A DNA stretch of 62,040 nucleotides, counting the filler, from Platydemus manokwari (lineage: Eukaryota), in assembly GCA_037951405.1 (NCBI GenBank). It is 4 parts of 4 records of this genome, joined end to end, with 100 filler letters (N's around TTAATTAATTAA, not from the genome) between each part and the next. Parts side by side here need not be neighbours in the genome. Positions count along the whole stretch, not along the records: positions 39,654 to 51,366 come from JBBMOY010503331.1; positions 51,467 to 62,040 come from JBBMOY011122997.1; 2 more parts are not named here. One strand, 5' to 3'. The translations under genes and the position numbers were made by a program. Positions 49,669 through 62,040 of this stretch are shown in pieces (position 1 is the first letter of the stretch; the number at the start of each line of letters is the position of its first letter). The notes under the pieces were generated by a model. It did not search any database, was not told where the DNA came from, and worked only from the letters and a program-made list of their open reading frames with translations.

Positions 49669-51366
49669 CAACTACTTAAAATGATCATATGGCGAATATC
49701 TTAAAAATTGATTATCAGTTTTACTACACAAAATTGTGCCATCTCTCGCCATCGAATCGAGTAACTCAATGAAACTAATCTCAATTCATTAATCAGGTAA
49801 TTTGACTCGTTTGATCGGCATCCATTTTATAAGCGATTTTTTAATGATTTCCGAAATTAGAAATGCTTTCAGAAAATCGGATCGAGAAAAATTGATTTGA
49901 CGAAGGATAAAATTGTTTAATAAACCTATTACAATTGGTAAACTCAATATTTTGGTTCTTAATTGAAAAAACAAGATTACTACTGCGTCTTATTAAATTT
50001 TATATAAAACACAATGATCTTTTGAAAGTGATAAGATCAATAAAATCTAATAATCTTACATAACAAGACCAAACATTAAAGATCTGTTAATCAAAATGAG
50101 GCAGTGATAAATATTTTATTAATTAAAATTTAATAATTCACGAAAATGCGATCGAGTGAGCGATATTAAGATTCTGTTTACTCACCAAAATTCAATCATA
50201 GCGATTGTTATAATTTACAATTAGCCACATCATTAGGAGTAGTTAGTAGAGACTTTAAAGCTTCTAAAATTGAATTTAATATAAAAGAAACTAGAAAATA
50301 TTATGAAAATTTTGATTCGAGGAAATTACAAGTTGTATTGATTTGACTTGGAAACAAAAATTATCGAAAATAATTATGAAGCAACCATTAATAAATTTTG
50401 CTATTTAGTGCAGGATTATTAAAACGTGAGTCATTTGAAGACTCGGCTAATGACGAGCAAGTTAAAAGAAATGTACAGTGAAAACAATTTTTTAAAAATT
50501 TATGTGGGTTGGAATGTACATTCTGAACCTCAATGTCACAGGAATCTAAATTTTATTGTCAGTGTATAGGATTCGGTTTCAAGATAAATAACATTCAGTG
50601 CATAATTTGCATGAATTCCAGATTCAGGATTTATGTTGTGATTGGTTTGAAGTGAAAAAAATAGTCTAGCTGATATTATGCTATAAAGGTATTTCAAAAA
50701 TGTAAGATTACAAATAAAATGAAATTCAGTAAAATAAGAAAATAAATAAAATAAAAAATTAAGTGAAAATAAAGGCGTAGACTTTTAAGAATCAAATGAG
50801 CTTGTGAATAAAAATGACGTGCTAATTTCGAAACAAATAAATTTCAATGTTTTATATTATTAGAAAAAGAAGATTTGATTGATATATACTACCCGTTAAA
50901 GATTCTTCCTATTTGACAGTGTGGGACACGAAAAAATGGTAAACTTTAAAGTAATTTTAATAAATTACAATGTTTAAGGTGGTGTACTCATTGTTCCAGT
51001 AGCAATAGATAAATAGCATAATCACAATAATATCAATAATTAATAGCACAAATAAAAAATAGAGGCAACTTTATTTATAAAAAATATCCAATTTGAAATA
51101 AAAATTCTCTTTTTTTTAATATATACAAGTGAAAATAATTCTAAAAATAGTAACTGGTACAGTTGAGATAGTTTTTGTTCAGTTATCATTGAGGAAATCT
51201 GTGATGCTGTCCTGCAGGCATTTAATCCATCTAATAGCAATAAATAAAAATGAGGTATATTTAGGGAAAAATATAATATAAACGATAATGAACAATAATA
51301 ATTTTAATGATAATCTTAATAATTATTATAAAGTAATAAAAATGAAATTTATAATAATAAAATTTG

Positions 51367-51466
51367 NNNNNNNNNNNNNNNNNNNNNNNNNNNNNNNNNN
51401 NNNNNNNNNNTTAATTAATTAANNNNNNNNNNNNNNNNNNNNNNNNNNNNNNNNNNNNNNNNNNNN
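51367..51466. other. Artificial contig joint (N-TTAATTAATTAA-N)
   Basis: Linker at 51411-51422. Confidence 0.95.
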
Positions 51467-53406
51467 CTAACTCGAATACAATCATATTACATAAAGTAAC
51501 AAGGTCTATCGATAAATTGATTAATATCAAAATCTTAAATATGATATAAGTAAGCATAGTTCTCATACTGTAGCTTTAGCGCAAAGAAGAAGGAACATTG
51601 AAATAACAAATCTTACACCAGGAACGACTAGGCAAGGAACTCAATAACTTGGAAATACAACAATAACCAAAAACCTGATGAAGCCTAAAAGTAACATTAA
51701 TCATAAAATTGGTATAAATAAACCAGCCCTTGCAAAAGAAATCACTCATACGAAATCAACATGTTAACTGGCAGGTAATTGAAGGAAGTCTTTATATTAA
51801 TCCAAATAGTTAATATTAACTGTAACCTTTAAAATTATGAATAAAAAATACAACAACTATTGAAACAGAATCGAAAGATTAAAAACGAAACTAAAGTATT
51901 AAAAGTTGACACATCGAATTGTTAGATTTAAGGCAAAAGAAGTATAGTCGGTCTGGATATAGGTGTGCTAATATATATTTTAAAATTTATAACATTAATT
52001 CACTGCATTTTTAATTAACACACGATCTCGGTGATATTTTTATTCATTCCGATTTTTAAAATCTCGGTGAGAATACATGTGTGGATTATCGTCAATAAAA
52101 AATTGTGTATTAATAGATTGGAAAAAATGAATCTTTGTTAAAAAATTATGTTTGGTGTTATTTTTCTTTTAGAGATTAATTAAGCAATTTAACTTGATTA
52201 ATTAAATTTTAAAAATATTCTACAAATGAAACATTGTCTTTACCGAAGTTTGTGAAATTCGTGTCATATAACTTAAATAAGTATCACCTTTTCCAAAATT
52301 AAACTAATAAAGGCTCTAAAAATACGGCGATTGATTCACCTGTAGAAGTTGGTTAACTGAGCTACTTATATATATATATTCTGCCACAGTAGGTAATTAA
52401 TAATAAGGATGTCAATAATTGCTAAAATTCTTAAATCGATATGGTCATCGACTTGATGTAGTTTTTGTCATCAGCAACTGCATTTTATTGTCAGTAAAAA
52501 TGTTTCTGTAAAAACAAACAATAAATGATCTACACTATACATTATCACATTTGTGAATGTGCTACTTTTTATGCATCTCATCTATTTTCAAGTGCTAATT
52601 TTTTCATTTTCTAATCACAGATATTACTTGTTAATTATCAAATCTTAAATGAATCATTTATTATTATTATTATTATTATGAAATACCTATTGTTATTCAG
52701 TCGTTGTTTTTCGGCAATTTCCCTTTATGCATAAGAATAGATACAGATTTTGAGAATAAAATGAATATTGAAAATAAACATTGGGGGTTAAAAAGAACAA
52801 TTTGAATTTCAATCAGTTTCTGCAAGTATACAATGCTACGGTACAAATCAAAACACATGAATCAATTAATTAAATACATAATGGTCAAAGATATTAGATA
52901 TTGTTTGATAGATAGAGTTGTTAATAAGGTTGGATATTTGATGGTTATACATAAATCTAGATTTAAATTAGATCTTGAGAACAAATTCGTAACTCGACAA
53001 ATATTTATTTCCGGTTTTCTAATCTAAGTATAGTCAAACCGACCATTTTTAGGGTTATTATTTTTCGAGAAAACGATTTTTCTGACGAACTTCTTAAATC
53101 ATTGAGTGAATCACTGTAAACACTTTTGTAATAAATCTAATAGATAAACATGGAAATTAACTATTCAATTAATGTAATATAATAAATTTAAGGTAACTTA
53201 TTGAGAGTACATGTAAATTGAGAATAATTATATTTCTATTTGATAACAATTTAAATAATAATAATTTTCGTCGTTTTTTCCAAATAATAATAAAACATTT
53301 TGATAATGAAGTTTTAATATTTTTTTAATTTAAATAATTATTTAAAAATAAATATAATAAGTTTGTTTAAATATAAGATTTTAATAAAAACGGTATAATT
53401 TAAACT

Positions 53407-53983
53407 ATGGCCGCTAAATCGCATAAGGTTGTTGTTAGAAGAAGACGTCAAGTTAAGGATTCACTTAAAAAGAAGGAAGCTAAAGCTAAGCTCGCAGCAA
53501 AAGCTAAAGTTTCAACTAAAGTTGCTGAACAAGTGAAATCCAAAATTTTAAATGGTGCCCATGTTGGACGAGTTCGTAAAATTCGAGTTTCTCCTAAATT
53601 CAAACGCCCAGTTACATACAAGCCATTGAGAAATCCAAAATACGAAAGATCTTCTTCAACCAGAGAAAATAAGTAAATATATTTTTTGAATACCAATATG
53701 TTTTAATCAGAATTTTAGATTAGATGAATTCCGTATCATCAGACATCCATTGACAACTGAATCTGCAATGAAAATGATTGAAGAAAAGAACACACTTGTT
53801 TTCAACGTAGATCAAAAGGCAAACAAAAACAATATTAAATTGGCCATTAAGAAACTTTACGATATTAAGACTGTTAAAATTAACACTTTAAATTGTATCA
53901 GCAGCAATACTAAAAAAGCATTTGTCAAATTGGCTGCCGATTACGATGCTTTGGATGTTGCTAACAAAATCGGTATCATCTAA
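53407..53983 (+). CDS. RPL23A: 60S ribosomal protein L23a (uL23); exons 53407-53672 and 53719-53983, 176 aa
   Basis: A 46-nt GT-AG intron restores [51 protein letters not shown] at about 53997. Confidence 0.96.
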
Positions 53984-55069
53984 ATATAATGTGTTTAATA
54001 AAATTTGGAGATAGAGATGTCAGTGTTCGTAAATTAATCTGTTTTGTTAAATGCCAATATTTGAATTTATTAAAAATTGTTAACTAAATTATATTGTTTT
54101 ACGTGTAGATTGATAATTAATAATTCATTAATAGTTGTATATTTTAAAATGGTAGGATATCATTAATTAAATTGAGTACATTTAATTCAACAAGGATGTT
54201 ATTTTCATTATAATTAATTTCGCGATATTGAGCGTTTTCATTAGCAATTTTTTTCAAAATACAAATTTTTTCGACTTCGTTAAAGCACTTCAGAAAAGGA
54301 TGTGTAATTATCTAGAAATATTTTAATAAATACTACAAAATTATTGGTCTAACTGATGCTATTAAGTTGAACGTTAGTTTCTTTATATGTCTGGGTAAGT
54401 CTTGTATTTCTTGATTAATAAACCAAACAGAAAATTCACGCCAAACCCTTGGAGGTATAAGGTTTATTGCATAATCGCGTGATCTCAAAATCTAAAGTAT
54501 TAAAAGTTATTTAGCTTATTTTAAATATACTGCTAATAGAAATTGAAGGCAAGATTCATTATAACGCGAAGCATTATCTTCGTTTGTTTCATTTTCGGTT
54601 TGAAGATTTTCATATATTATCCCAACCCAAATACTGCTTACAATCTGTTGTGCTGAAATTGAGAATAAGACAAACTGTCATGATATACTTACAAATTATG
54701 GAACGTGTTTTTTCTGTGTAAGCCAAGCACAGAATTTGACCATATACTTCAATTGCCAGTTGTCTTGATGCACGGCTGGATTTATCAAGTATCAGAGTAT
54801 AAATAATCGAAGTAATCTGAAATAAACCAAATCATGTCACTGAGTATAATCATAATTTTTTCGCAGTCGAAAACGCTCAACATCAACTTTCTATTAAGCT
54901 TTCTATTTGGTTTCAATGGATATACAATTTTGAAAATTTTAATTTAATAGCTACATTTTCAAAGTGTATTAATATAACATTGAAATGTAGATATTAAATG
55001 TTTCATTGTAAAAGTTCCAATCACTAAGAATTATTATTTTCCGTTAACATGCTATTGTGCGTTGCATAT

Positions 55070-55300
55070 TCGACTGCTTATCTTAAATAATTGACATTTA
55101 GTAAGTGTTCAGAGTCCAACAAACATGGCTCATAACTTATTATGAATCCCTGATCACAAAAAACTTTTTGAATAATAATCAAACCACAAATTTCTGTCAG
55201 TGGTGTTTTTGTTTTGCAAGACTGATCGATGCATTGAATCAAGAATGTCCCGGATATCTCTATCTATTAAAATTTGATTTAAAGATAGATTGATTATAAA
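55070..55300 (+). mobile_element. MULE transposase C-terminal remnant
   Basis: QTTNFCQ...LIDALNQECPGYLYLLK resembles the MULE RTTNxxE...HPxIxxxI block. Confidence 0.3.
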
Positions 55301-58300
55301 ATACGATCAACTTTATTTAATTTATTAGGATCAATGTTTGTCGGAATACTTAAAATGAGAACGGCTAATATTGCTAATTTCATATGTTTAATAATGACAC
55401 TGTCTCCTTCACACAAGGATAGCATTGTACTTCCTCTTTCGTCGTCGATAAATGTCGATACAACTAAAAACGTAAAATGTCTAAAAAAATAGGTTGATAA
55501 TTTTCAGAAAATAATACAATCTATTCACCGCATAAGATATTTTTAATTTGTTAGATTCTTCATAAATAAACGTTGACTGTCAATTGTTATGTATTAGATT
55601 CGTGATATTTTATAATAGAAAGGAATTTGCTGTTTTGTATATTAATTAAAAGAAGTATTTATTCAATAAATGGATTGAATTTAAAAGTGAATTTAAAACC
55701 CATAAACTCAAGGAATTTTTAATAAACGCAAACTAATCCTGACCACTCATCTTTTCACTGTAATTTATATTTTAAGTGCTTTATATTTATATTAATCATA
55801 GGGCTCTTATCAAATAACATAGCCTAGCAGTGGACATTCATTACATGAAAGTGAAAATAATTAAAAAGATGAATAAATAAAACACAAAAATTTCGACGAT
55901 ATTCAAGCTTTTTTTTGCTTCTAATTGGGGCTCTGTTTTTCGATCAGAAAATTAATACGATGTAAAACAAGGAAAGATCAATTATAATACATGGTCACAA
56001 AAATTGTCTAAACGAAAATTAGCTCTATCACGAGTTTCATCATACAAAGCAAAAAAATTAGATAAAAGAAGAAACGTAAACTCTACAAATTATTTAATTG
56101 AACCAAGCAACAGAGAAATAATCTTTCGGCACAAAGATGAAAGAGGAATAAAATAAATTGGTTAGAGCACATAGACTTATCGGTGCAAGAGTCCACATTC
56201 TCTAGTGCTAGCATACCGTCATTACCAAGTTTATAATCTGAAGCGTTGTGATTTTTCCATTGGTACCAAATATTAGATGCCGATCAAGAAACCATTTCTA
56301 TTTTCATATGATTAAGTCCTAAACACGTAATATGTTTGCTAAGACAATCAGAATTATCTTTAATAAAACAGCTTTGGTTTTATTTACTACATTAAGTTAA
56401 AATATCTTTCCATATCTCATGTCTCATCTATTTTAATGGGAGCTGGTGATCTTCTATTAAGCAACACCAGTAATAGTTTTTACTGTTGTCTTAAAATATC
56501 AAATATATTATAAAAATTTTTGATATATTTTTTGAAGTATTCGAGGTATTTTCAAGTATTAATGGGTAGAAATTAAAACGAAATCGACATATAAGAAGAT
56601 TATCTGTTGGAATAGTCATAAAACTATCACCAAACCATAACATGACGATATGAAGATATTAATGAAATTTAAATATTCTAATGCAAGAGAATATGGGAGT
56701 AGGAGGCTACGCTAAATAAATTAAAAGATGTGAAGGATATGTTAAAACAGGGTCAACATCCAAGTAGTTAATAATAGTGAAGTCCATTAAAGATGAAGTT
56801 ATCCAAACTAAGCTTAACAAACTATCATAACAGTTTCAAGGTTTTGCATAGATATAAGAATAAATATCTACAATCGCCGCATAATTTAACTTGAATGACT
56901 AAATAAGACTAACATTTCAGTAAAATTATATCGATTTCTATTTTAATTATAACTACTTTATTACTCCTGTTTCCCACATTTTTACAACCAGACAAATTGT
57001 ACCAAAATAATAAATATATTCTTCATTGTAGATCTTTTCAGAATTACTTTTAACAAAGAAATAGCATAGTAATACTTTTTTGCACCAAATCAGTGATCAG
57101 TGCGGTATATGTGTGACAAAATACTAAAAAGTAAATTTCTACAATCCACAGCATTGCAAGACGAAACTGAGTTTCGAAAATTATTTAATTCTTTATAATA
57201 ATATAGACAAAACATGAACTATAATACCTTAATAAATTTGATTAAGTAAATTTATGTTTAAATAATTTTAAGCATAAATAGAAAAATTACGTTGGGATCT
57301 GATATTGCTGCTTGTGTCGTTCAACGCAACCTTTAATATCAATTTGTACATCAATTCTTTTTCGATTTCACAAGTTGATTTATATTTGATATATTCACCT
57401 ACTAGACCAACAAGAAACATAAAATCACGTGATACAAGTTTAATTGATAATTTTTATCAATTAATTATACATTTTTAAAATTTAAATATAAAAAATGAAA
57501 AAAATCTTTAACTCACTGAACGAAGAAATTTTCAATAACGGAACAGCTTCATTGTAAATTTCCGGAAAAATAAAAATTGAATTTAGTAACCGCCAAAGGA
57601 TTATTCTATGATCTGCATGGTTAATTTCAAATGAGTTTTTGATACAAATAATGTCTAACGCTCATCTTGTAGAAATAAATTTGAATCTAGCTTTTCTGGT
57701 ATAGACCAAAGAAGATCAATAAATAGCTTTTGTGAATGCTCAATAAACTGTAAGTTTAGATCTCTCAATTGTGGTTTCTGGAAATTAAATAAAGATAAGC
57801 TAGGCCTATTCTATTAATCTTAATTAACCATAGAATAAGTTCAAAGATAGTGTAATCGAAAATGATCGAATGAAAAATATATCTACTATGCTGAGGATTA
57901 ATAAAAAGAAATTAAAATAGTTTTGAAAAAATCTAATTATTTATGAAATGTGAAGATCATGTTTATAAAAATATGCTACAAATTAGATTTATAACTTCCA
58001 TAACACATTTTGTATTCAAAATCTTTCTAGAATTGTTTATCACAGCAATTACCTTTTATTTTACCAATCCATCTGATTTCAATCTAAGTGTACTTTATCG
58101 TAGTTTCAAAATCATAATTCAAATGTCTCAGAAAAATATTTTATTATGATCTATTTCAAAAGAGAAAAATACAATTATTTTTTTTGACAAGGAAAAAAAT
58201 AATGAAATGTTAGAACCAAAGAGTAATAAACTTTATATTTTGTAAATCGAGCAATAAATTGAGTGAATTAATACAATTTTATAAATATCTATTTCATAAG

Positions 58301-61300
58301 CGCCACATTATCATGAAAAACAAATAAAACATTATTTGCAAACTTGAATTTACAAAATCAAATAAAATAAAAAATTAATGAAAAATAAATAATACATAAT
58401 TAATATAATTATGTTCAAACGTGAACAATAAAATTCAAACTCAATGTAAAATAAATAATGGAGAGGAAATAATAATTTTTCATTTAAAGATTTCTAAAAA
58501 ACAATGCATGCAAACAATAGACATAATGAAGACATGAGAGAAGGAAATAATAAGGAAATATTAATAATAATTGATAATTTCTAATAGAAAAGAAAATTTG
58601 ATAATAAGTTAATAATCGAGGAAGCTAATTTTAATGCAAAATTCAATTATATAAATAATATAAAATTTTAATAATATTCACATAAACAAATTTACAATCA
58701 AAACAAATTATAAATAACTGCATATATTTTTTAAAAGATGTCATTGGAAGTCTAGGGTAGATCACCTTTTAAATAAATAAAAGACTACAAATAAAAAGTT
58801 AGAAAAAAATAAACCAATATCAATACAAAAATAATTACAAATATAAAGTATATAAAAGCAAAAATAAGTTGTAATTATCAAGTCAAAGTTTGAATAGAAT
58901 ACTTGACATCTTTCTAACTTTAATTACTGATCTGCTTTTTCTTCTACAGTTGGGTAGAATTAGTTCCTAACACTGGTTATTCAATATCTTAAGGGCGTAA
59001 TTGCTTAAAATCAAAAATCATGCACAATTTTGTCATTTTTATTTATTATTTTGATTAATATATCTCATGAGATTTCAATTATTTTATTTATCATATATTT
59101 ATCTTGATTATTAGTGCACAATATACAATTTAATCTCTGGTAAGGATCAGGTATTGGTTATGTTCTGCGCCACAACTAAATGATCATTCAAATAATCGAC
59201 AATTTATGGTAGTTAATTTGATTTACTGATATTGACCAATTAATTTCCATCATTACTGAATAATAATCTTAGAATGTATCTCAGTTAAAGAAAATGAAAC
59301 AAAAGGTTTCGATTTGGAAAACCATTTATTTCGTACATAGGAAAGTAAATATCTAGATATATCGAAATAGGCTTTAAGAAAATGTATCATTATCTAAAGT
59401 CAAGAATAATGGGTCATATAATTTATAAATACAATTTTTCAATAGTGATTTCAACTTAGAAAACAAACAGTAAAGAATAATTACAAAATAATTCTACAGT
59501 AAATTCGAGTATTCTGAAAAATAATTTTGATAAAAAAATCAATTTTTTTACTCAAAGATGGTTCTTAAGAAATAACTATGAATTTAGGGCAAATCATCAA
59601 ATTGTTTCATTTTTCAAAACATTACATTTTAAGGTAATAAATCAAAATGTCAATAAAGAAAATAAATAGTAAATATCTTTATTTCTAAGAAAAAAAATTT
59701 CCTTGCAAACTATTATATATTTTTACGTTGTTATTAATAGTAAATTTAGTAACTACAAGCCGCTACTATTATATAAAGTACGCATTGAAAACTAACTGAA
59801 AAGTCACGACACCAAATTATATTTCATTTAAAATTACTCGATAAGTAAATATTTTGTTAAATTTCGGGGTCTTTGGCCTATTTTAATTTATTATTATTGA
59901 ATTTGGTTAATCGATATCTACGACTTTATCAATCTATAAGGTCTGTCTGACTCTCCAGTAGTAATTAGACCTTATTTTAATAGTGTTCTTTCACCTCGAT
60001 GTTCTCAACTTATATGAAGATAAGTGAAACTGTGTAGAAATCTACTAATTTAATTTAAACCTTATTAATGCTCATATTATCGTCTCAACGATGTTATTAA
60101 TTTTACTATCAGTCTCAAATGATTTAATAATGAACAGGTACAACTTCAAAAGGTGATAAATGATATTGAAATATTTTATAATGAACTTATGAATCCTATA
60201 AAAGCTAAATGCTAAATCAATATCAAAACTAATTTTTAACACCAAAGTATGCATTACAATGAAATTTTACAAATACTTTTACACAATTATAATTTTTGAG
60301 CAACTTATATATTCATAAATATTGGAATTAATGTGCAATTCAGGGAAGATGATCGAAGACTAAGAAGACCCTTTGTGATATTTGGTAAGTGTGCTTTTCA
60401 AGAGTGTTTTTGAGCTTACGCTCTATAAATAGGAAGAATATACGATATATATTAATATGTGATTTTAAAAGTGTTGTCTTACTGCTTGTTCTTCCAGTAG
60501 AAAATACTGGGCATGTCCTAACCCTAATCCCGCCAGTGAATGATCTTGAATTCTAATGTAACAATTATGTATGCTATATTCTCTACGAATTTCATTTAAT
60601 ACAGTGCATATATGTTTATTTCACTAGAATTGATTAGGGAAAACAGAAATTCTCTGCAATGAATTCCACTCTAGCAGAAAGAAATTCTCTGAGATTAAAT
60701 GCACGGTGATATATTTTATTTAATGCATGGATATTATTTTATTTTAGATGGATATTTTATTCTCTGTGCTCGATAATTTATTCCGCTTGATTATTTCATC
60801 GATAAATTCACCATGTGTATTGTTTTAATGAGTCAATTGATTATATGCTAATTTTAATGGGTTTGATTTTATTAAATTAATACCGGGTTTTTATTAATTA
60901 TGGGGATTATCAATTGGGGTTTAAATCATATTATATTATATTATGTTATATTATATTAAATTCCTCTCGATGGATTAACATAAAATATTTAACATTAAAA
61001 TTCATGCAATAAATACTTTTATAAATCCAACAAAAATTATACATTGAGGTTCACCATCATTGGCTGATTAAATCGTTAAAGGCCGCAAAACCCAACTTAA
61101 ACTGACCTTTTTAGACAATCGTTCACGGTATATTTTTTCACTTGATCTCCAACATCTAATGCCATTATCGTTATTATATAACAATGTTTAATAACAATAT
61201 AATTTAACATCTCATTATGCTCATGGAATGATGAAAGGAATGCTACTTCCTGATATCATTAAAAAAACATCTATAACACAGTATTAAATTATCACTCAAG

Positions 61301-62040
61301 ACGGGATCACTACCCGAATGTTGAATACAGAACAGAAAACAACCAAAAAGTCTGACTGTTATACAAATCACGTAAAAGTCACAGAACAGAAGAAAAATTA
61401 TCAAACAAAATATCGTGAAATCCAGTTCATTTTATAGGCTTATTGTATGTGTCCATCTGATGTCCAGAAACTTAGCTTTTCATTTTATAAATTTGTTCAC
61501 ACAACGATTTGTTAGTAATTTGTCTTTTATCTCTCGTGCTATTGGCGAATGGCAGTGTTAATTACCATTTGTTAGTGTGTGCTAGTCGATTACTGATTTC
61601 TAAATATGGATTGGTATCGAAGAAATATGACTAACAATTGACAAGTGACCTTATTGAATCTGTGTGTATCAACCATGCGAGGGTTATCTCTATGGTTTCC
61701 GTGAACAGTTTGAATGTTTTTATGACCTACAAAACACAATCATCATAGTATCTAAATAAGAAAAACAATGTCCAAATTTCTTGCATCATAAGAAAAGAGA
61801 TCGGCATTATCTATGGATTATTCCACTTCAATTTTTATGAAATGGTTGCGTGAGTAAACATTTTCGTGAATGTTTATTAAATTTCTGATTGTTCTGTTTG
61901 ATTAATTAGCACCATAAATGGTAAATAATGAATTGTGTTGTAGAAACTGGAATATCATGTAGTTTATAGGGGTAGATTGCCAGAATATACTGAATATCTA
62001 GTTACATTACCAGTGTAGTTTTGAGAATATCATTACTATG

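Noticed and set aside
18046-51466. Palindromic TTAATTAATTAA repeated three times inside N runs
   Set aside because: Artificial six-frame stop linker joining contigs. It is not biological, and gene order across these joints is unreliable.
51614-51650. CTGATGAAGCC and, at about 57153-57180, a CGAAAC/GTTTCG hairpin as further hammerheads
   Set aside because: Cores are incomplete (no GAAA, or no CUGANGA) and stems I and III are not convincing.
56158-56216. tRNA-like TTGGTTAGAGCA A-box
   Set aside because: No T-loop GTTC and no cloverleaf; at most a decayed SINE.
60513-60526. CCCTAACCCTAA telomere-like repeat
   Set aside because: Only two units; insufficient evidence.

Overview
Very AT-rich eukaryotic (animal) genomic DNA with short 46-59 nt GT-AG introns. 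This is compatible with a planarian-type flatworm, but the species is not established from the sequence. Three N-gaps carry an artificial TTAATTAATTAA linker, so the window is probably four concatenated pieces (1-18045, 18145-39553, 39654-51366, 51467-62040). Host genes: the 3' part of an OSBP-related (ORP) gene (-), the middle exons of a PACS1/2 homolog (+), a complete but divergent RPL23A/uL23 (+), a decayed SLC22/MFS-like gene (-) and an orphan ORF. Transposon debris includes a full-length decayed mariner, two solo LTRs, Tc1 and hAT MITEs, and MULE fragments. The most interesting region is 39654-47370, the 3' end of a large LTR element (polypurine tract plus TG-starting LTR, minus strand). 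It carries a tandem cargo of three paralogous genes for a REX4/ISG20-like DEDDh exonuclease fold that has lost its catalytic residues. Their tails bear different host-binding motifs: a textbook PAM2 plus NLS in one and tandem SUMO-interacting motifs in another. A candidate membrane-protein gene lies among them. A fourth family member lies at 2995-3900 beside an array of palindromic repeats and a TATA box. About 500 bp outside the cargo is a double hammerhead ribozyme (47881-48068) whose two cores can share one helix I.
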